Shown: piece by piece, positions 58,851 to 64,000 of the stretch | Layout of the letters: the number at the start of each line of letters is the position of its first letter | How positions within the stretch are numbered: position 1 is the first letter of the stretch | Assembly (NCBI GenBank): GCA_963681965.1 | Contig: OY820579.1 | Coordinates: forward strand, 4,032,001 to 4,096,000 | Direction of reading: 5' to 3' | Length of the DNA: 64,000 nucleotides | Origin: a bacterium | GTDB taxonomy: Bacteria; Electryoneota; JAOADG01 | The notes under the pieces: generated by a model | Told to the model about the DNA's origin: nothing | The model's input: the letters and a program-made list of their open reading frames with translations, nothing else | Database searches by the model: none | Program-made: the position numbers and the translations under genes

Positions 58851-59285
58851 ATGCCCCATTGCCTGAATTGCGAAGCTGAATTTGTCGAAGGAATCACCAT
58901 CTGCAGCGATTGCGGTCAACCGCTCTTGCCGGGACCGTTACCGGAAATCAAGGAGAAACCGCCGACCGAAACCAAGTGGGTCCTATTGCAGGAGTGTGTG
59001 AGCGATCTCGAAGCTGAGTTATTGAAACAGCTATTGGAAGATCAACATATCGCGGTGTGGCGCAGAGGAACGTTCCGCGGAAGTTTCGGCATTTCAGGTG
59101 GAACAACTCCTTGGGCAGGTGAACGAATTACGTTGTTTGTTCCGGAAAACAAAATCGGTATCGCCTCGCGCATCCTTCGCGAACGGCACTACGCCGGCAA
59201 ATTCGGTAACAGTCCCAAACAACTTGACTTGGCAAGAAAGACGCAAGCGGTGCGAATGCGTCGCAAACGCCGGATGCGGAAATAA
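58851..59285 (+). CDS. Zinc-ribbon plus DUF2007-like protein
   Basis: HCLNCEAEF...CSDCGQPL, EAELLKQLLEDQHI, LFVPE...A.RIL; basic C-terminal tail. Confidence 0.7.
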   Translation: MPHCLNCEAEFVEGITICSDCGQPLLPGPLPEIKEKPPTETKWVLLQECVSDLEAELLKQLLEDQHIAVWRRGTFRGSFGISGGTTPWAGERITLFVPENKIGIASRILRERHYAGKFGNSPKQLDLARKTQAVRMRRKRRMRK

Positions 59286-59518
59286 CCCACACGAAAGTTT
59301 TCCGCTTTCCAAATCCTAGCTCGTCACTCTGTTAATCTTTCAGAAACAGATAAAAAATGAAAAGACGCCAATCGGAATTGGGCTCTACTTCAAACTCCGA
59401 ATTTCTCCTCCAAAACGGCAATTTGCGAACAAATATCTTTCTCTTTACCTTATTATCTGCTCTTTTATCCTGCCAAAACGGCAATTTATCCGCAAAACTA
59501 ATAGAAGGATATGTGAAT

Positions 59519-61066
59519 ATGCTACCCCCATTCAAAAACGAACCGATGACCAACTTCAACGATCCCGCGAATAAGGCGGCATTCGAAGCAGCATTGAAGC
59601 TCTGTGAAAATCGGATCGGCGAAAAGATCCCGCTGGTAATTGGCGGTGAACGGATTTACACCGACGACACCATCAAATCGACCAATCCCGCCAATCCCGA
59701 TCAAGTGTTGGCGTATGTCGGCAAAGGCACCAAAGAACTTGCCCTCAAAGCGATCAAATCCGCCGACAAGACCTTCGACTGGTGGAAGAATTACGATCCC
59801 GATGCCCGTGCCCGCATTCTGCTGCGCGCTGCCGCAATTATGCGCCGCCGCAAACACGAATTCAGCGCCACGATGGTGCTCGAAATCGGCAAGAACTGGA
59901 TGGAAGCCGACGGTGACACTGCGGAAGCAATCGATTTCCTTGAATTCTATGCTCGCGAAATGATGCGCCTCAATGAGCGCCAGACTGTTGTCGACTATCC
60001 CGGCGAAGAAAACAATCTCTATTACATCCCACTCGGTGTTGGCGCGGTCATTCCTCCGTGGAATTTCCCCTGTGCAATTATGGTCGGCATGACGTCCGCC
60101 TCGGCAGTCACCGGTAACACCGTACTGCTGAAACCGGCATCGATCACTCCGATTATCGCGTGGCGATTCTTCGAAATCCTGGAAGAAGCCGGTATGCCGG
60201 CAGGCGTCGTGAATTACCTCCCCGGTCCCGGCGGTGCTATCGGCGACACCATTGTCGATCACAAATTGACCCGCTTCATCGCCTTTACCGGCTCGATGGA
60301 AATCGGACAGCGCATTTTCCAGCGCGCCGCGAAAGTCCACCCCGGTCAGCTCTGGCTGAAACGTACCGTGCTCGAGATGGGTGGTAAAGACGCAATCCTG
60401 GTCGACGACGATGCCGACCTAGAACTCGCCGCCGAACAGATCGTCACGGCAGCCTTTGGTTTCCAAGGGCAGAAGTGCAGCGCCTGCTCGCGCTTGATCG
60501 TACACGAAAAAGTGTATGACGAATTGCTCGCGAAAGTGGTGGAACGCACCAAGAAGATCAAAACCGGTCCGACCAGCGATCTCAACAACTGGCACGGTCC
60601 CGTCAGCGAAAAGGGTGCCTACGAAAAGATTCTCGAATACATCGAGATCGGCAAGAGCGAAGGGAAATGCGTCGCGGGTGGTGTGAAGGCTGGCAATCCG
60701 GGTTGGTTCATCGCCCCCACGATTATTGCCGACCTTTCGCCGAAAGCGCGGATCATGCAGGAAGAAATTTTTGGTCCGGTGTTGGCAGTCTGCAAAGTGA
60801 AGTCGTTCGACGAAGGTTTGAAAGTCTTCAACAATACCATGTTCGGTTTGACCGGTGGCTACTTTGGCAAGCGCCGCGACCATATCGAGAAGGTTCGCGT
60901 ACATGCGCATTGCGGTAACCTCTACCTCAACCGGAAGTGCACCGGCGCATTGGTGGGTGTGCAGCCGTTTGGCGGCTTCAATCAGAGCGGTACCGACAGC
61001 AAGGCGGGTGGACGCGACTATTTGCAACTGTTCCTGCAGGGCAAGAGCGTAACCGAACGATTCTAA
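59519..61066 (+). CDS. pruA: L-glutamate gamma-semialdehyde (P5C) dehydrogenase, RocA/PruA type
   Basis: PFKNEP, AEAIDFLEFYA, IPPWNFP, FTGS, LEMGGKD, FQGQKCSACSR, EEIFGP, SGTDSKAGG. Confidence 0.9.
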   Translation: MLPPFKNEPMTNFNDPANKAAFEAALKLCENRIGEKIPLVIGGERIYTDDTIKSTNPANPDQVLAYVGKGTKELALKAIKSADKTFDWWKNYDPDARARILLRAAAIMRRRKHEFSATMVLEIGKNWMEADGDTAEAIDFLEFYAREMMRLNERQTVVDYPGEENNLYYIPLGVGAVIPPWNFPCAIMVGMTSASAVTGNTVLLKPASITPIIAWRFFEILEEAGMPAGVVNYLPGPGGAIGDTIVDHKLTRFIAFTGSMEIGQRIFQRAAKVHPGQLWLKRTVLEMGGKDAILVDDDADLELAAEQIVTAAFGFQGQKCSACSRLIVHEKVYDELLAKVVERTKKIKTGPTSDLNNWHGPVSEKGAYEKILEYIEIGKSEGKCVAGGVKAGNPGWFIAPTIIADLSPKARIMQEEIFGPVLAVCKVKSFDEGLKVFNNTMFGLTGGYFGKRRDHIEKVRVHAHCGNLYLNRKCTGALVGVQPFGGFNQSGTDSKAGGRDYLQLFLQGKSVTERF

Positions 61067-61085
61067 TCGTCATCGATTTGATCTT

Positions 61086-61121
61086 AAAAAACCTCCGGTC
61101 GGAAACGTCCGGAGGTTTTTT
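61086..61121. terminator. Bidirectional intrinsic terminator
   Basis: A6-CCTCCGG...CCGGAGG-T6. Confidence 0.8.
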
Positions 61122-61140
61122 AATAGATTCGATTGCAGTC

Positions 61141-61312
61141 GTAGCCGCAGGTTTCTGCCTGCGTTTTTCTTTTTCTTTATTCTGATCTCCTTGAAAAGTA
61201 GGGGAGACCCTCCGCGGTCTCACGCTCTGGTATCTTCTATCTTGTTTCTGGAATCCTTTATCTTGCAGTACTGCCCAACTCCGATTGGGCGCTCTGGTAT
61301 CTTTAATCTTGT
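61141..61312 (+). repeat. Two GTAG-REPs, a 23-nt direct repeat and heptamer repeats
   Basis: GTAGCCGCAGGTTTCTGCCTGCG (61141); GTAGGGGAGACCCTCCGCGGTCTC (61198); CGCTCTGGTATCTT..ATCTTGT at 61223 and 61290. Confidence 0.6.
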
Positions 61313-61440
61313 ATTAGGTATCCTGATCTGTCTTAGCAAACCCCTGCGGCAGGAACCGATCAATTCCCAATCCAAGTAAGTCGAACCAGAATGGTGTATA
61401 TTAGCACTATCCATCAGAACTGTTTGTCCGATCGAGAAGA

Positions 61441-61926
61441 ATGAATATGTCGAAAATATTGGTCATCGGTCTTGGTAACGATCTGCTCAGCGACGATGCC
61501 GTGGGCTTGCTGGCACTCCGTGCGCTACGCGACCGGCGTGGGGAAATTATCACGACCAGAGAAATTGAATACGTCGAGTGTTCAGAGCACGGGATCGCGC
61601 TGCTCGACTATTTTCTCGATTTCGATCAGGCGATCATCGTCGATGCAATCGCGACAACGACTCATCCTGCCGGCACCATCCTCCATCTGCAACCCGGCGA
61701 TCTCGGCGGAGTCGTTGCCCCCTCCCCGCACTATACCGGACTGCCGGAAATGATCGGAATTGCCGATCAATTACACCTCCATTTTCCTTCGGAAATTCAC
61801 ATCTACGCGTGCGAGACTGCCGATACTGTTACACTCGGCGGGTCGCTGACCGAAGCGGTTTTGGCAGCACTCCCATCTCTAGTTGAAACGGCTCAGACCG
61901 AATTAAAACGTATGGCAACAACCTGA
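61441..61926 (+). CDS. Hydrogenase maturation protease
   Basis: LVIGLGNDLLSDDAVG, AIIVDAI, SPHYTGL. Confidence 0.88.
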   Translation: MNMSKILVIGLGNDLLSDDAVGLLALRALRDRRGEIITTREIEYVECSEHGIALLDYFLDFDQAIIVDAIATTTHPAGTILHLQPGDLGGVVAPSPHYTGLPEMIGIADQLHLHFPSEIHIYACETADTVTLGGSLTEAVLAALPSLVETAQTELKRMATT

Positions 61927-61984
61927 CGACTTTACCAATTCCGTTGCCGGTATTACCTTCCTCTGTCACCAAATAGGAACCGGT

Positions 61985-64000
61985 ATGGATCAGGATTGGT
62001 CAGCCCTGCTTCAACAAGATCTGGCGCAACTCACTGAAGTTGTGGCAGAACACCCTACTCTGACCGAACGGTTAATTCCCGGCGAACGACGTGAAGTCGC
62101 CATTCTCTTCCTCGACCTGAAAGGTTTTACCGCACTCTCGGAAACGATGGATCACGAGATGGTCCACAAGATGATCGGTGGTGTCATGCAAGCCTTGGCA
62201 CGAGTCGTCGAGGGCTTCGGAGGGTACGTCGATAAGTTCGAGGGCGATCTGATTATGGCGCTGTTCGGTGCGCGACAAGCGTCCGAAAACGATGCCAATC
62301 GTGCAGTAGGCTGCGGATTGAAACTGCTCGCCACACTGACCGAAGTGAACCGGATTCTTGCGAGCAAAGGGTTCGAATTGGGTGCCCGAGTCGGCATCAA
62401 TTTCGGTTCCGTTACTGTCGCTCCCGATCCATCGGGACATCTCACCGCGATGGGCGATGAAGTGAATCTGGCATCGCGAATGGAGTCGTCTGCCGCCATC
62501 AATACTGTTCAAGCGACCGACCGCGTGTACCGAAAATGCGGTTCCGAATTCGAATGGCTCGATCTCGGAACGATCAGTGTGAAAGGGAAACGGGAGCCGA
62601 TCCATACCTACCGTCCTGTCGGACCGGGTACGCAACAAATGGCGCGCTGGGAACGGGCAACTCATTTACCTCACGCCTCATTTTGCGGACGCGATTCCGA
62701 ATTGCAGACTCTTTCCAACTGGTGGAATACACCGCATCCCGATTCGAAAAACCGGTTAGGTGGAGCGATCCATCGCGTGATGGTGATTGCAGGTGAAGCC
62801 GGTATCGGTAAATCGCGGCTATTCCACGAATTTCTCGGATCGCCGGCGAAGCGTCCAATTCACGCCATTCGCAGCCAAGCCATCACATTTGCACAACCGG
62901 CATTTCATTGTTGGATCGAAATTCTCCACAATATTCTGCAAATCGATCGCGCCAATTTGATCGTGCACAATAATCTGAAAGCGAAACTTGAGCAGGCGCT
63001 TCCGGATTGGTCAGGTTCCGATAAAGCGGAGTATCTCCCGTATCTCGGAGCGTTACTTTCGATTGCTGAATTTGAAAAGAGCATTGTTTCCATCGATCAA
63101 GTGACTCGCTATCAAACCACGATTCGCGCACTACGAGCGGTGATCCAGCACTATATCGCAAAACACCCCGAGACATTAATATTGTTCGAAAATTTCCACG
63201 ATCTTGATTCCGCGTCACTCGATGCGCTCGGTTTTATTTTAACCAACTGCATTACTGCGAATCCGATTTCGATCGTATTGATCGGTCGCGATGAGAATGA
63301 GACTGCCAAAAAATTGCTCGATTCGATTCCTACTGGATATATCGATGTTCAGCGCCTCGATTTGTCGCCACTATCAAAACCGGTGTGCGAGCAAATCGTC
63401 AGTGAAATGCTTCAGCTACCGCAACACGCTGCAGAATCAGCCGCGATTTCCAGTACTGAATTCTTTTCGATCAGTGGCGGTAATCCCTTATTTCTCGAAG
63501 AATTGATTTTAGACGCTGTGGAAGCGGGACGGTTGGAACAATCACCGAGCGGGTGGCGTGAAGTGGCTACTGCGAGCGAGCGTGCAGTACCATCTTCACT
63601 CGATGGTTTGATTCGGGGACGTATCGACCGCCTTGCGATCGAATGGAAACAGGGACTACAGTTGGCTGCCATCCTTGGCACCGAATTCAGCGAGAGGCTT
63701 TGGCTCCGCGTGAATGAAAAATCGAATTCGAGTCTAACGGATCAAATTCTCTCTAATCTCGTCGGGATGAATTTGTTACTTCGAATGGATAGCAAAGAAA
63801 AATGTCGCTATCGGTTTGAACAACCGTTGATCCGCACGTCGACATATTCCACGATTCTGAAACACAACCGTGCGATCTTACATCGCTATGCTGCCGAAGC
63901 GATGCTGGAACGGAAATCCGAACTCTCCGATGCCGATAGCATTGCCTTGGCATCGCATTGGGAACATACCGACAACCGTGCCGAAGCAATCCACTGGTCG
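61985..64000 (+). CDS. Class III adenylate cyclase fused to a P-loop (AAA_16/STAND-like) ATPase, 3'-partial
   Basis: Absent from the ORF track. Manual translation of the 5' part gives ERREVAILFLDLKGFT, VDKFEGDLIMALFG, RVGINFG, MGDEVNLASRME, FCGRDSEL and Walker A GEAGIGKS; SGGNPLFLEEL is readable further downstream. Confidence 0.88.
   Translation, partial: MDQDWSALLQQDLAQLTEVVAEHPTLTERLIPGERREVAILFLDLKGFTALSETMDHEMVHKMIGGVMQALARVVEGFGGYVDKFEGDLIMALFGARQASENDANRAVGCGLKLLATLTEVNRILASKGFELGARVGINFGSVTVAPDPSGHLTAMGDEVNLASRMESSAAINTVQATDRVYRKCGSEFEWLDLGTISVKGKREPIHTYRPVGPGTQQMARWERATHLPHASFCGRDSELQTLSNWWNTPHPDSKNRLGGAIHRVMVIAGEAGIGKSRLFHEFLGSPAKRPIHAIRSQAITFAQPAFHCWIEILHNILQIDRANLIVHNNLKAKLEQALPDWSGSDKAEYLPYLGALLSIAEFEKSIVSIDQVTRYQTTIRALRAVIQHYIAKHPETLILFENFHDLDSASLDALGFILTNCITANPISIVLIGRDENETAKKLLDSIPTGYIDVQRLDLSPLSKPVCEQIVSEMLQLPQHAAESAAISSTEFFSISGGNPLFLEELILDAVEAGRLEQSPSGWREVATASERAVPSSLDGLIRGRIDRLAIEWKQGLQLAAILGTEFSERLWLRVNEKSNSSLTDQILSNLVGMNLLLRMDSKEKCRYRFEQPLIRTSTYSTILKHNRAILHRYAAEAMLERKSELSDADSIALASHWEHTDNRAEAIHWS

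Noticed and set aside
59357-59518. N-terminal extension of P5C dehydrogenase in the ORF track
   Set aside because: Family similarity begins at MLPPFKNEP (59519); the upstream region looks regulatory.
62072-63989. Short ORFs listed in the last 2 kb, and similar antisense ORFs throughout the window
   Set aside because: They are shadow frames of longer genes with clear family motifs.

Overview
Bacterial chromosomal window, about 50% GC by eye. Three large secreted proteins with NYPNPFN-type (T9SS-type-A-like) C-terminal tails suggest an anaerobic FCB-group lineage (inference). Contents: an hdrCBA-mvhDGA electron-bifurcating hydrogenase operon, nfnAB, ackA, a lysine/cell-wall/translation region (dapA-dapB-lysC-SpoIID-like-prfB-alr, lat, lysS with an extra C-terminal region), a pseudo-receiver multi-PAS protein, three tandem membrane J-domain genes, a flippase/ACP/LuxE/LuxC/acyltransferase operon, 1970-aa and 2749-aa surface proteins, P5C dehydrogenase, a hydrogenase maturation protease, and a 3'-truncated adenylate cyclase-ATPase missing from the ORF track. 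No rRNA, tRNA, CRISPR array or transposase was recognised. The most unusual signals are non-coding or repeat-derived. (1) An apparently non-coding 16-nt-period array at 2910-3145 (12 conserved + 4 variable nt) sits between a possible Rex-controlled promoter and a perfect hairpin; it is a candidate protein-sponge RNA. (2) Five REP-like palindromes lie in frame inside the first protein. (3) A Correia-like MITE family (3 copies) carries REP hairpins as variable cargo.
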